NCBI GenBank assembly: GCA_017654855.1
Contig: CM030333.1
Location: forward strand, 4,712,001 to 4,776,000
Length of the DNA: 64,000 bases
Direction: 5' to 3'
Source: Podospora anserina
Lineage: Eukaryota
In this document: in pieces, positions 36,916 through 49,971 of the stretch
Layout: each line of letters starts with the position of its first letter
How positions within the stretch are numbered: position 1 is the stretch's first letter
Made by a program: the position numbers and the translations under genes
The notes under the pieces: model-generated
What the model saw: the letters and a program-made list of their open reading frames with translations, nothing else
Database searches by the model: none
Told to the model about the DNA's origin: nothing

Positions 36916-37280
36916 TATTACAATCGTGGATGAAGAGCTAACGTACGGGGCGCGGGACGCTCCTAGCTAATCATTACTGACTTATCGAAAGTGGAGCGAC
37001 GGGATCACGATGAGCGTAGTAAACCACAGGAAGGAAAGGTAATCCAGATCACCTTTAGGGGGAACGTGATCCAAGTGATCTACGGGTCTATATATACGGA
37101 GGAACTAGATAGCTGGTAGATAGTTCCGCAGTATGCAATACAAGTCACATTCGTTGGTATCAGACTATTGTGATTGAGACAAGCCATTGTTGTGCACTGT
37201 TTAGCTGCACCGAACCATTTGTCTAGAAGCACCTTGAACTGAGTATCCCTCTCAGAGGTTCTGGATCGGGGTTCGTCACA
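36916..37280 (+). mobile_element. LTR family 1, diverged copy G, 365 bp
   Basis: TATTACAATC (RIPed TGTCAC)...GGGGTTCGTCACA. Conserved GTCTATATATACGGAGGAAC and TTCCGCAGTATGCAAT; distinct 5' half. Confidence 0.85.
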
Positions 37281-37838
37281 TGAAGTCCATATCCTCTCGG
37301 GCTGTTTTTAATTGGGTATCGGTCATAAAATACAGGCAGCCCTAGAAGGTGAGGACCACAGCCAGTAACAGAATATTCTTTCGCTCTCTCTCTCACTCTC
37401 TCACACACACACTCTTTTAGTCTCCCATGAATGCTTGCCTTCCTCTCAACCCACAACTACGCTTTTCAACCTTGTTCAAACAACTTACCATCCATCAATC
37501 CTCAAGCCCCCATGTTCTACAATATCAAACAGGATATACAAGAAAATGCAGTGAAGGGAAAAAAAGGCTTTAAATGCAACCCCCTGACTCCAGGTATAAG
37601 CGCAAAGCAAAGATAACCGCTCGCATCTTACCCCATGTACGCCAATTCGCCAAATGACATCGCCTATGTCGCTCTCGCCAGAAAGCAAACGCCAGCCAGG
37701 AGTGCCATCCACAACATAGATATAATACCCACCATCCTACCCCAAATAAACCAAAAATAAATGACCACAGGGGAATCTGAAAGCACAGGAAACAAATGAG
37801 AAAATACAAGAGCAATGACAAGCAAGTCTTGCAAAGTC

Positions 37839-39464
37839 TTACCCCACAGCCAACGTCGAATCCAATACCGAATTCAAGAAATCGCCATCTGCCGGGTCGG
37901 CTCCCTCCCACCAAAGATCGTTGTCGATATCCATGGCATCTGGCCCGTGACCATGCCCTCCTATTCCATTTGTAAGTGGTGGGTCTGTGGTTGCCGTGGC
38001 CAGGGCTTTGCTGCCACCAGCTGCTGTTGGTAATGGTATTAACGACGGCATTCCGTTCACCATTGTCGTCGTGCCGCCCATCTCGACATCCTCATCGTCG
38101 ATTTCGCCTAATATCCTTCCACCTTCCTTCTTGATATACGTGTAAGATTCCCAATCTTCCAACTCTCCTTCTCGGTAGTCGTTGACAATCGTTTTCACTA
38201 TTGTCGGGAAGTTTGCCATTCCACAGTCGCCCACATCCAACGCCAACCTCAAATCTGTCATTCCAAGAGGTCCTCTTTCGCTCGCAGCTTTGGCTTCGAT
38301 CGGCAACAGCCCGCTCTTGTCCCTGGTCAGCTCTCCCCTTTGGAAGGCTTCTTCTTCCTTTGCCAGTTGCTTCTTGTATTTGTGCGTCTGAACCCATGCA
38401 CCCCCTGGCCCAAAGCCAGCATTTCCAGAGTCGCCGGGTCCGTTGCTGCGAGTACGACTGAATACCTGCGTAAGAACTTCTTTTATAAACGTGTCGGTGG
38501 CGATAGACATGAACTGGGCGGCTTCTGGCGCGTGGCCGGAGACGAGACCAGATTCATAGCAAAAGGGCAACATGCGGGCTTCGATACTAGATACGTCAGG
38601 GAATTCGCCAGACTCGACGGCAAGAGGTTGGGCAAAGCGTTTTCGGATCTCGAGGTCAAAGTCTACACGCTGTTAGTGAAGAGTCAAATAAGGGGTAAGG
38701 AAGGGGTACATACTCATGCGACTGAGACCCCCTGCTGCGCTTGCTGGTACCTCGGTGGTCTTGGCAGGTTTGATGCGGCTCTGGTCTGTAAATACATCTG
38801 CCAAGGAGTTGAATGGGTCGAACTAGATAAATGGTCAGTAACTCCAGCGTGGATAGCCGTGGTCGTAAGAAGGCTTACATCGTTTTGTACAATGTCCTTG
38901 ATCCTCCGCCTGTCTCGTGCCGGCAACTGCATGACCTCCCCCTTTAACCTCCTTTCGGCAGCATCACCAGACACGGGCTTGTTGCCTGCCGTGGTGGACG
39001 GCTTGTCATTGGCACTGACCCAGGGCGCAAGGCCCTGGTCGGGCATCTCCCTCGTGACATTTCCATAGATGGCAGCAATGAGCTGGTTATGTAGATGTTC
39101 TCTTTGTCCGTCAGGGGAAGCTAATATTGGGTCTATGCGCTCGCTGAACTCGGCTTGATTGAGGCGGCCTGTATGTAAACATGGTCAGCAAGTTTGGCCC
39201 GGCATGTATGATGCAGAGCCGCTGGCGCATACCGATCAGGAAGTTTGTGATTGTTTCTTTGTAAATAACCCATTGTTCGGGGCCAATGGTGGACTTTAAC
39301 TGCGTGTATATCGGCTCGAGGTCTATGCGGGCGGGTATAAGCTGGCTCGTTTTGGGAGTCTTGTGCAGCGATGGGGCCGAGACATTGATGGATTTGTTGG
39401 CGAGAATGGGGGTAGAGACGCTGATGGAAGGCCGGCTCAGGGCGGCGGGGTCGATGTCGACCAT
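37839..39464 (-). CDS. HFI1: SAGA subunit Ada1/Hfi1 (Tad1 family), multi-exon
   Basis: [24 protein letters not shown], intron 39232-39169, [66 protein letters not shown]. Confidence 0.85.
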
Positions 39465-40019
39465 GGTGGTGTGGCCAGCCTTGGAGTTGTAGATGTACAG
39501 ATATGGCTGGAGCAATCCTGATCCGGAGGCGCGAAAGAGAGAAAGGAGCAGGGTTCAGTTTCGTCGCGCGCGAAATGCACAGTGGTCGCGACGTGAAGCG
39601 GCAGTCATTTGCGCATCAAAATGAAGGCCAGACTCATGCGATCGCGGATCCGCAGTCAGAGTGATGGACTTGGCATGGTGTCGCCTTGGAATGGATGGTG
39701 TTGTCGTCGGTCAGCCAAACTTGATGGTGGTCAGGTCCTCGGTTGCTCAGTGTCTGTAGTTGAATTTTGCGGGGCCTCTCAGTAACAGAGTTGCGGCGGG
39801 TGTAGTTGTAGGCCCTGGCCCCAGTCCCAGGGCAGCTTTGTACCGTTCTTGGCAGCCCTTTTACACTGGACGACGACCCCTCGTCATGTCCTGTCTTGTA
39901 TACTAGGTCGCGTCCAATCCACCAATACTCAAGTCAATAATGCAGCACTAAACATCACCACCGCCTACAAAAGAGCTTGATTGCGAACGGCACTGGGTTG
40001 ACATTGACACAATGCAACC

Positions 40020-43000
40020 ATGTCTCACGCCCCGCGCAATCGAATCTCGAATGCAATCGACAGTCTGATCACCCACCTGGTGCCTAGCAACCCCCACGAC
40101 GACGAGCAGACAGCTCAAGAGAGGCATGATGCTTGCTTTGAGCTTGTCCGGGCCATTTTTGAGCGGTGAGCATTTTTCATCTGATACTCTTTTGGCCTAG
40201 ACAAAGCTAATTAGAAAGCAACAGGCCTAATTCTCCCTCGATATCGGCCGACGTAAACCATGCTTCGGACCTCATCAAGCGGAAGCTCATACACAGCAAC
40301 CCTAGCCAGGCCCTACGCTTCTCCAACCTCTATACCCGACTTTTGTCACTGCCAGTCCTGAACCAAAAATGGGCCATTTTATATCTCCTATATCAGCTCT
40401 CTGACTCGCCTGATCCCAATGAGCCTCCACCACCACCAAGGCAGCCAGCAGCACCACATGGGTTGACATCGCGGGAGCCAAGCTTCCGGGACCGAGAACT
40501 TCAAGCGCAGATCCTTCGGGAGCAGGAAGAGAACCAGGTAGAGGCAGAGAACTACCAAGGGCCAGTACCGGCAGAGCCAAGTTTCCGAGAGCCAGCTTCT
40601 CGTGAGCCAAACTTCCGTGAATCAGTAGCACAGCGGGCGGCGGGACGAGCAACAGGCCGGTCGACGGCAACAGCAGAGTCAAAAACGTCGACACCCGCAC
40701 CACCACTGGTATCAGAAGAAGAGGCTGTAAACAATGTGTTTGCCCCAGGTGGTTTGAAAAAGCTCCCAACCGAAAGGCCACGGCGAAACACCAATGCCGA
40801 AGAAGCTCGCTCGCAGCCTGGTGCGGTAGACGGATCTACCAAGAAGAGCACAAGGGACGTTTCAATCAAGTCAAACTTGCTCGCAGACAACTCATTGGAG
40901 TTTGAGCCTTCTGAGATGGGTCTGTTGAGAGACCTTCCTTTCACTCTTCAGGGATTATCATCAACAACTCTTCCCTTCACCAGGGATACTGTTTTGAAAC
41001 TGCCGCCAACTTTGCCGCTACCAATAGTGTCACTGTTGCACACTTTGGCCGAGCCTTCATTATTATATCGAGGGCTTGCAAATTTTGTCAAGTCACCAGC
41101 AAAGGGGTTACTCGGCCAGAGCTTGCGGGCAGCCATCAACAATGAGCTTCGGTCATATCTCACTCTTGTGGCAACGCTGGAGGCGCAGATTCGACGGGCA
41201 TTGTCATCCCTTGATGAGGCAGCACCACGAGGCGGCATCGGGAAAGCCGGTGTCACGTTGAAGAGATGCGTTGTTTGGACGAGAGAGGCGACCATGGGCT
41301 TGCGGCTGATGTCTTTGATATCAGAGGAGAGTTATAGTAAACAAGGCGGACAACTGATCAGTCTGATTCACGGCTTTTCTACCTCTCATGGTGACCCCGT
41401 GGTGGCTGCTTTTGCTGAACGCTTGCTGGCCGACGTCACCCGGCCGTTTTACGACATTCTTCGGCGTTGGATATACGACGGTGAGCTATCGGATCCCCAT
41501 CTGGAGTTCTTCGTCCGCGAACAAAACCCCAACAATGAGAAACAAAACGAGTCCAAGGCCAAAGGCCAAGCTAGTGTGTGGAACTCCAAGTACGAAGTCG
41601 TCGACGCCATGGTACCCAGTATCATGACCCCCGACTTTGCCCAAAAGGTCTTTTTGATTGGAAAGTCCCTCAACTTCATCCGCCACAGCTGCGGCGACAG
41701 CCAGTGGGTCGACGCCTATAGCAAAACCTCGTCAAAGGAGCTCAAGTACGGCGACACGGCCACGCTCGAGAAGTGGATCGACGACGCCTACAAGACCACC
41801 ATGCAGCGCCTCATGACGCTCATGAACACCCGCTTCCGTCTGTTTGACCACCTCCAAGCCCTGAAGAACTATATCCTTCTCGGCCAGGGCGACTTTATCG
41901 CCTTGCTGATGGAATCCCTCGCCGCGAACCTCGACCGCCCAGCTGGCGCACAATACCGCCACACCCTCACTGCCCAGCTCGAACACGCCATCCGCGGCTC
42001 CAACGCCCAGTATGATTCCGACGAGGTCCTCCGCCGCCTAGACGCCCGTATGCTTCAACTGAGCCACGGCGATATTGGCTGGGATTGTTTCACGCTCGAA
42101 TACAAAATCGATGCCCCTGTCGATGTGGTAGTCACCGAATGGGGAAACCGTCAGTACCTCAAAGTCTTCAACTTTCTCTGGCGGATCAAACGCGTCGAGT
42201 TTGCTCTGGCATCCACCTGGAGAAAATGCATGACGGGCGCGAGGGGAGTGCTGCAATCCAACGACGAGACAGTCCTCCAGACGTGGAAATCCACCAGGGG
42301 AACTCTCGCGGAGATGATCCATTTTGTTGGTCAACTGCAATACTACATTTTATTTGAAGTCATCGAGTCCAGCTGGGGGGAGCTGCAGGAGAACATCCGA
42401 AAAGAAGACTGCACACTGGATGACTTGATCACGGCTCACACCAAGTACCTCACCTCCATCACCCACAAAGGACTTCTCGGTGCCCGCCGGAGACAGCACC
42501 ACGACGCGCAAAAGGAAGCCGCCTCGTTGGGCCGTGACGCATCAGAAGTTGAAGACCGCAACTCGTACATGGTGCAGCTGTCGCTCCTGCTGCGAAACAT
42601 GCTCGACTACAGAGACAGCGTGGACGGGTTATACTCGTGGTCGGTGTCTGACTTTACCCGCAGACAAGAAGTCGACACGGTCTCGCTGCTGCGAAAACAC
42701 CGGCCCAATTCGGGAGACATGGAGAGTTCTGTCGGGCCGGACGATCCCTTTTTTGGTTCTGCCGGGGGAGTGGGAGGGAACAACAATATTAAGAGCGAGT
42801 TCCCCGCGCTGCAGGAACGGCTGAAGCAGTTAGGGGTGAGTTTCAGGCAGAGGCTGCAGATCTTGCTGGGGGATCTGGCGTATCAGCCTGATGTGGACAT
42901 GCGCTTCCTGGGGGTGTCGATGAACTTTAATGATGTGTATCAGCCGGTTAGGAGGAAGAGTGGGAAGGCTGGGGCTGGGGGGAGTGGTGTTTCGGCTGGT

Positions 43001-43087
43001 GGTGGGGAGAAACAACAACAGCAGCAGCAGCAGCAGGGAGGGAATGTGGGGAGTGTGAATGTTTCGTTTTCTGCTTCAAGGGCTTAG
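40020..43087 (+). CDS. SPC98: Gamma-tubulin complex component GCP3 (Spc98/Alp6), 2 exons
   Basis: LLRDLPFTLQG, HGFSTSHGDP, WIYDGELSDPHLEFF, KVFLIGKSLNFIR, LKNYILLGQGDFI, GWDCFTLEYKIDAP, YLKVFNFLWRIKRVE, FEVIESSW. Intron ~40166-40224; C-terminal polyQ. Confidence 0.92.
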
Positions 43088-43890
43088 GAGGCTGGAAAGG
43101 AGGAGAGTGAAGGTTTGAGACCACCGGGGCAGGATAGGAGGAAAGGAGAGGAAGAGGAGGAGAAAGTAGTAGACGTGAAAGCGGATCGGCGGGCTGATGA
43201 GAAAGGGGAGGGGGGAAGCTTGAGGAAGACGCCTTCTTCGGGTGGTGTCAAACAGGGCAAAACACCTGTGACGACTGTGAGATGGGTCGAGAGACAACCA
43301 TGTGGCAAGACTGTAAGTCCGAGCAAGAAAACTCCCAGCCCGGGGAAAGGCGGAGGAGGGTCATGGCTCCAGACTAGGCCGGCGTGGAAGAGGCCTTGAA
43401 AAGGGTTGTATTGTATACTGCGGGCGGCGCGACTAGAGTATCTTGTCATGATTTGGCGAGGGGGGAGGGAAAGGGGTGTTCATCTTTGGGAGTTTTGACG
43501 GTTAGAGTTATCGGTGTTTTGGTGTGTGTTGAAATGATATATGTTTATGACCATAATCTGTTCTAATCGTGATACAAAAGTTTGAGCAAAGTGGATTGCC
43601 TTCGACTATAGATTAACGTGTACATTGACCGGCTCTAACCATGTCTAACTTGAAAGTAGATAATACCCATGTGTGTTGAAAGCTTCTTGAGGTAACTCAT
43701 CGACTAACAAAAATGACATCTGCAAGAGAATCCACGTTCATAGATATATTCCATGTCAGTCGCCACTCCTCCGATAATCGCCCCCCATCCCACGCCGTGT
43801 ATGCAATATCTGACTCCTCCCCTCCCAAGACGAATATAATCAACTCTCAGAACCAAAATGCTATGCTTTCTCAAATATAAAAATAACCCT

Positions 43891-46800
43891 TTAATCCTCA
43901 ATCGCCTCCTCATCAATAACACCCTGCTCCTTGATCTTCCTCTCCTCCGGCTCAGGCAACCCCACATTCTTCCTTGCCATGACCTGACTCTCCACAAAAC
44001 TGTCCCAATGCTGGGGATCGGCCTCCCTCAGTCTCTTGAGTATATCTTGCCTCCTCTCCTGGAACACCTGGACCACGCCTCTCTCTTCTGCTTCCTTCTT
44101 CAAGTCGGCGTCACCCATCTCATCCAGCAACTCGTGTAGTAACCTAGCATGGTTGGGATCCGCCCCGACTTCTTCGACTCCCGAACTCAAAAGCGCGGCA
44201 TTGTAGTGCTCAGGACGGAGAGCCACGATTCCAGCACGGAATTTGTGACCCGCCCGGAGAACGCGCGCCTCTTCATCTGCGAGCGCCTTGGAAGACAAAG
44301 AAATGATAGAGTTGGAGCGAGAGAGGGCCTTGCGGGACTCGCGTGATTGAGCAACGGCGTCGTCTTCGGCGTCGGAAATAATGGCAGCTGTATAACTGGC
44401 TGAGAGGTCCGAGTCAGTTGGGAGAGGGGGAGTAGGACCAGACGCCAGGCTGGATGATTTGCCATTAGCGTTGTCAAGGGAAGACAAGGAAGCGGCATCG
44501 CCCTTGTCGTTTCCGGCAGTGGTGCTGGCGGTGTCCACGCCCGAGTCGTCGGCTGCTGACAGGCGGGTGTCGGGGAACTCGTCTTCAAAGCGCTTGATGA
44601 TACCATGTAGGGTATTATCCAAGAACATGAGACGGTCTGCGACTACTGTTAGCATCAGAGTATTCCTATAGGACTGTAAAGAGAGGCACGTACGATGAGT
44701 GTGGCTATCATTCGCCGCCATCTTGGCTTTGACGATAGCAGGCTGGAGCCTCAACCGGATCTTGCGAGCGCTGAGCAGCAGGTGCTTGCTCGTATCCTTG
44801 GCCTTGGCCACCGCAGTGGTAGGTTCCTTCTCACCGTCTCCCAAGGAAACCTGATCCACCTCACCAGCCAACAGTTCAGGGACAGAATGCGAAGAAATAT
44901 CATCGCCCCTGTTCTTGAGGCAGCAAGCAAGAGCCTTGACGACTCCAGTGCCGCCGATGACATAGTCGTTATCCGGAGCGGCATCAACATCTGCATCAGC
45001 ATCCAAAGAGAGCATGACATCGTGTCCAACCAGTCGTTGCAGGACATCGGGATATTCGGGCTCGGCCTTGAAGCTACCCGACAGCAAGCCCTCCTCAGCT
45101 GTTGGTGCAGGTGTTGTTGCTGATGTAGCTGTCTGCACAGCAGTAGCAAGCTCCATGTTTCTCAACCCATACGCGACGACTTGCTTGGCCATGGCCTTGA
45201 CCAAATCACTCGATTGCTCGCTGGGTACCTCGATATCAACCGCCACCAGGCTGGTTGAAACCCTGGCGGCAGCGAGGAGCGATGCAAACAGGGCACATGC
45301 CTCTTCTTGTTTCTCTTCAGAATTCGCACTTGTCGTGAGCTCGACAAGGTCCTTGTTTTGCAGGAAGCTGATATGTGCCAAGCCAGTAACCTCCGGCAGG
45401 ATTTCTGCCAGAGCAATGGCTTGCTCAGCACTAAGTGTGCAGTCCGCCAGATGGATGCGCTTGAGGCAAGCAAACTTGGGAAGATATCTTCTCAGAACAG
45501 CCACCGCGCTCGGGTCTGAGCTGAAGAGCTCATGGTTATGGCTCAAGTCGATAAACCTTAAGTGATCCAGCTTCACCAGTGTAGGGAACAGCTTGCACAA
45601 ACTCGACGGCTCCAGATTGCAGTCAGCCAGGCTGAGCGCCCAAAGAGGGCATGTTTCCACCTCGAGTGAATCGGCCAGTATTCCCAGCTTGTCCCGAAGG
45701 TCATTCCCACCCAAATCAAGGCCCTCACACTGGTTGCTCTTCAGGAATCTCGCCACGTGGGCCAGGCCCTCCGAGTCAATATCATTGTGCGCCAGATTCA
45801 ACCTCTTAATTCCACATTTGATAGCACCGTCGATGACGGCTGCCAGCTGAGGTGTAGACAGTCCTGTTTGCGCCATACTTAGCAGAGTAAGTGTTGACCC
45901 CCCCAGTCTTTCCCCTAATGACTTCGCAAAGAGCGAGCACAGAGCTTGAGGAGGTGGTTGTTGCCCATCCGGCAGGGGAGCGCAGACATGTCGTGGGAAC
46001 TGAATCCCGCTCAAGTCCAGGACCTTGAGGGTCCTGCACAGATAGATAAACAAGCATATGTGCCTCCAGCCCTCCGGGCCGATTCTGTTGTTGCTAAGCA
46101 CCAGCCGCTCAACGACACCGCCTTGCTCTATGAGCCCATCGACGGTGCCAGTTGATGATTTCTGCTGCTGTAGTTGCAACTGTCTCCTTCGTTTTAGTGG
46201 TGACAGAACCTTGGTTTTTCTCGCTGCTAGCAAGCCAGCCAGGATAACTCTGAGCCCTTCATCTGCCAAGGAGCAGTCCACCAGAATCAGCTCTCTGACG
46301 GGGACAACAGCGAGGTAATCACCCAACGTCACCAGATCGGGCAGCGCCATGTAGTAGCCCGTCAAATCCAGCTTCTCAACCATACCCGTCTCAGCAGAAA
46401 AGTTGGCCGGGTCCATCAGCTGTTCGGTTATCTTCTTAAGAATATGTGTCTCCCGCAGCTGACAGCACCGGCGGTATATCCTAACTGGGTTGGTAGTGGG
46501 CATCGTTTGAGGTGGATTTGCAAGTCCGGCAGGTGTTTCAGGTCGATAACTCCCGCCGTTGGCGGACGTGGAGGAGTCAGAATCAGAGTTGTAATAGAGC
46601 TCCATAGGAACAGTTCCGTTGGCCTCCGCCTGCCGCCGTTTCCGTTCCTTGCGAGCCTTGCGGTCTTCCTCGCTCTTCTTCTTCTTTTCTTTCTTCCTTG
46701 CGTCGGATGCTGAAGCAGCAGAAGATATTGGTATTGGCGAAGCTGCAGCTGGCGATGTGCCTAGGCGTGGAGTTGAGGATGTGCCCTCTGTGGCGGGTTC

Positions 46801-47779
46801 CTTCGGTACTTCTTCCCCCGTGGCTTTGATGGAACCATCAACTTCCTTTTGGCATGCCAACGCTTTGGGGTTATTGAGAGCTTCCGCCTCGACCTTCTCC
46901 TTGAGTTTCTTTTTCATTTCCTTGGCCGCTTTGTCCTTTGCTTTTCGCTCGTCCATTTCGTCAATGTATTTGGGCATTGGAGCAATCTCCACGTCGACGC
47001 AAAACGCCACCCTCCTCAGCTTGGCCTGGTTCAACCCTGAGATGGCGCAGCGCTCCCGATTCCGGTCCACATTCAGCACCTGCCTTTCCACCAGTCCATG
47101 ATTGTGAGCTTTGAACGTCGGATTCAAACTTCCGCTAGAAGTTGACGATGATAATCTTCGAAATACGTGTAGGAGCCCATTTGTCTGAGAGCCTCGCGGC
47201 GGAGCAGGGGTATAGGGACCCTCGCCCTCTGGTTTCGCCGCATGTTGTAGAACGGCCTGCTTGGCTGGGTTGGCTTTTGGAACAGAGAACTCGGCGGGCT
47301 TGGGAGAAGCAGTATTCGCCACAGGGGGGCTTTGTGTCGCACCGTTGCTCGAGCTGAATTTCTGCGAGATATTGGAGAACCAGGAGCCCCTTCGCTGAGG
47401 GGGATGGGGAACGGCAGGTTGTGGTATTCGCTTTTCGTCTGAACTCGTTCTTGTCCCAAGCGCTGGTCGGTTTGGACTTGGTGCCACGTTTGGCGTGCTT
47501 TGTGCCGCCTGAGTGCTGTCGTTCCTACCATGGCCGTTGGTAGTCGCTGCGGGGGTGGGCGAGTCCAAGGGCGCTGGGTTCGAGAGTGATCTTTGACGGC
47601 CGAGTAGTGGTCTCACGGGTCTGTCTGGAGAGAGGTCAAAGGAACTTGCTGTTAGCTGGACAATTCCCATTCACGATATGCATGGCGCATGTTCAGGCCG
47701 CCAGGGGTCCAATTGTGCACAAACCTTTAGGATTCCCGTGGGTCATCCAGCTCACGTCGAGGCTGTGTATGTGCTCCAT
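43891..47779 (-). CDS. Mhp1/Gip3-like RNI-type leucine-rich-repeat protein (putative PP1 regulator), 3 exons
   Basis: Exon 1 MEHIHSLDVSWMTH; KLRRVAF (RVxF PP1-docking motif), IYRRCCQLRE, LRR units (LDLSG, LNLAHNDI, LDLGGNDL, LSLADCNL, IDLSHN), C-terminal WDSFVESQ. Confidence 0.8.
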
Positions 47780-49971
47780 GTTGTCTCGAGGGGGCGGGTT
47801 GTTGTTTCTTTTATTGCTATTGCATTCCCCTATCCTCGTCGCTTGTTCCGGGTTGTATCAGGTGTAAGTGGTGATTTTCTTCTCGGTGTAAAAGGTGTGA
47901 TAGCCGGGAGGAAGGCGAGTAGGACGATAAGTAGGGTAGAGGTGGGATGTGATCGTTTCAACGTTGGGCCCGGTGCTATCGCGGTCTAAAGCCTCTCTGT
48001 TGGAACGACGTCGTGCTTTTTTTCCTTTGTCGCGGGGTTCCGTCCGTCACGAGGTCCAGTTGCCAGTCATGACATGAATGGCTGCCATAGTCCGGTTGGT
48101 ATGTGTCCCAGTATATGTTCAAACGTAAAGCTGGCCGTCGCCGTCGATAGCTTGAGGCGCGCAACCACGGTAGGGCAGACTGAGGTCGGTGTGGTCCGGT
48201 GGGATTGTGAGGTGAGGATGAGGTAAAGTGGTGGTGTTGGTGTCGGTGGTGGCGGCCCGGCCGTCTTTCACTGCTGACCCAAAAAAGGGCGCCGCCGAGC
48301 TGAACGGATTGGAAATGCCCGATTTGTAGTGGTTCGCGCGCGTGCCGGATCAAATCACTCCCGCTACAGTTGTCTCCCGTATGTGTGACCGTTTCTCTGC
48401 TGGAGAAGTGGCTGAGCTCACCGTTGCGGTGAAGCGGAAGGTATCACTGGTGGAAGGGGGTTGACGCAGTACTGGGATGCAGTGCTGCACCGATCCAGAT
48501 GACGGGAGAGGTGGGAGATGCTTGGATGCAACGGGGGGTTATGGCGGGAGACGGGAGGGGGGCGACTCGCTCAGTAAGGGCCCTGTATGTATGTCTCACG
48601 ATGCCAATGTATGCCACACCCTGGTTACAGCTCGGTGATTGCCCCGTAAAGTAGAGTACACGATCGAGTGACGATAAAAGAAAGAGGCGATTGCCAAAAA
48701 GATGGGAGGAGCTATTCAGGTCAAGTCAAGAGCAAGAGAGACAAGACCGGACCGGCCGAACGACATAGCGGGCACCTGGGCACGGAGGCATGGTGGGACT
48801 CTCCCACTAATTATCATCTTGGGTCCATCCAGGAAAACGTGAGAGAATTCGCAGATCGGACGCCGGAAATTGGGCCCTTTCTGGACGTGCACATACGTCG
48901 GCCGAAGCCCACGAGCGAGCGAACGGAAACGAAACGAACTGGTGGCGGTTTCTGCACCTCAACCCCCGCAACTCTAGAGAGAGAAGCAGCATCATAACCA
49001 TGGCAAACTTTGGGCCAGTCTGGTAACGGCAGGTGATCGGTATTCAGCGGTTCCCCAGATTTGCGGTAGCCACCCATCCCGTGCCCTTGCCCCTCATGTT
49101 GACTCGTATGTGGTACCACTGACGAGTGTATGTGTGTGCGTCTGTTCACCACACAACGAGAAGCTTCTCTTCTCATCATCATTTTCCTATAATCCATCCA
49201 TCCACATCCCAATTCAACAAACAGCGCGATTTCAGGGGTCCCGAAACTCTATCCGGGGCACCCACGCCAAGGCCGGACGGTGCTAACCCCATGTTCCCTG
49301 GAACGGCAATTCCACTCTGGCGTCTGCAAGTTGACCACATCGTGCACCGCTCACCCAGACAACCCACTGCATCCAGTTTCCCATCACGCATGCTTGAGGG
49401 GAACACAATTCCTCATCTGAGCTTTCTACCACCAACCAGTGAAAGGAACACACCACCAGCTCGGTATCACTTGCAGCTCATAGTCCCTTGCTCAGACGAT
49501 CATGCTGTGAGAGTACCCCGCATGACCTCATAACCCTCACCCACGCCTCCAGGTGCTCGGTCTGGAACTGCTTTTGGGTTGGCGACACCACATCTTGTCC
49601 CTCAACTTGTCAATTAGAAACATTCCATTGAGGCCGAGGTGCCCCTCGAAACTAAGAAAGCCGAATGGCTGAGTACTACTCTGTAGTACCTGATTACATA
49701 CACATTCCATATCAACGGCTTGAGGCGGCTTGCAAAGGCTCTACCAACAGCTTCAACAAGGAAGTACATCACATGATCACATAATGGCGCCAACGTTCGG
49801 TTGGTCCGCCAGTCAGTCAAAGATGCATGAGAAAAGTGATTGGCTTTTGGTGAACCCTGGTCATTGCCCCATGTGCCCGTCCATCTTTTGTGGATGCACT
49901 TAAACTCCTAAAGAATATGCTGCCATCTTGAGCCCAGACGATACAACCAGTCCCTAGCAAAAACCACCAAT

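Larger units (their letters stand above)
31240..37280. mobile_element. RIP-mutated island of nested LTR retrotransposons
   Basis: Abrupt AT enrichment with TpA excess and CpA/TpG depletion. Contains six LTRs of one family and two of a second family, plus gag and chromodomain relics. Confidence 0.95.
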
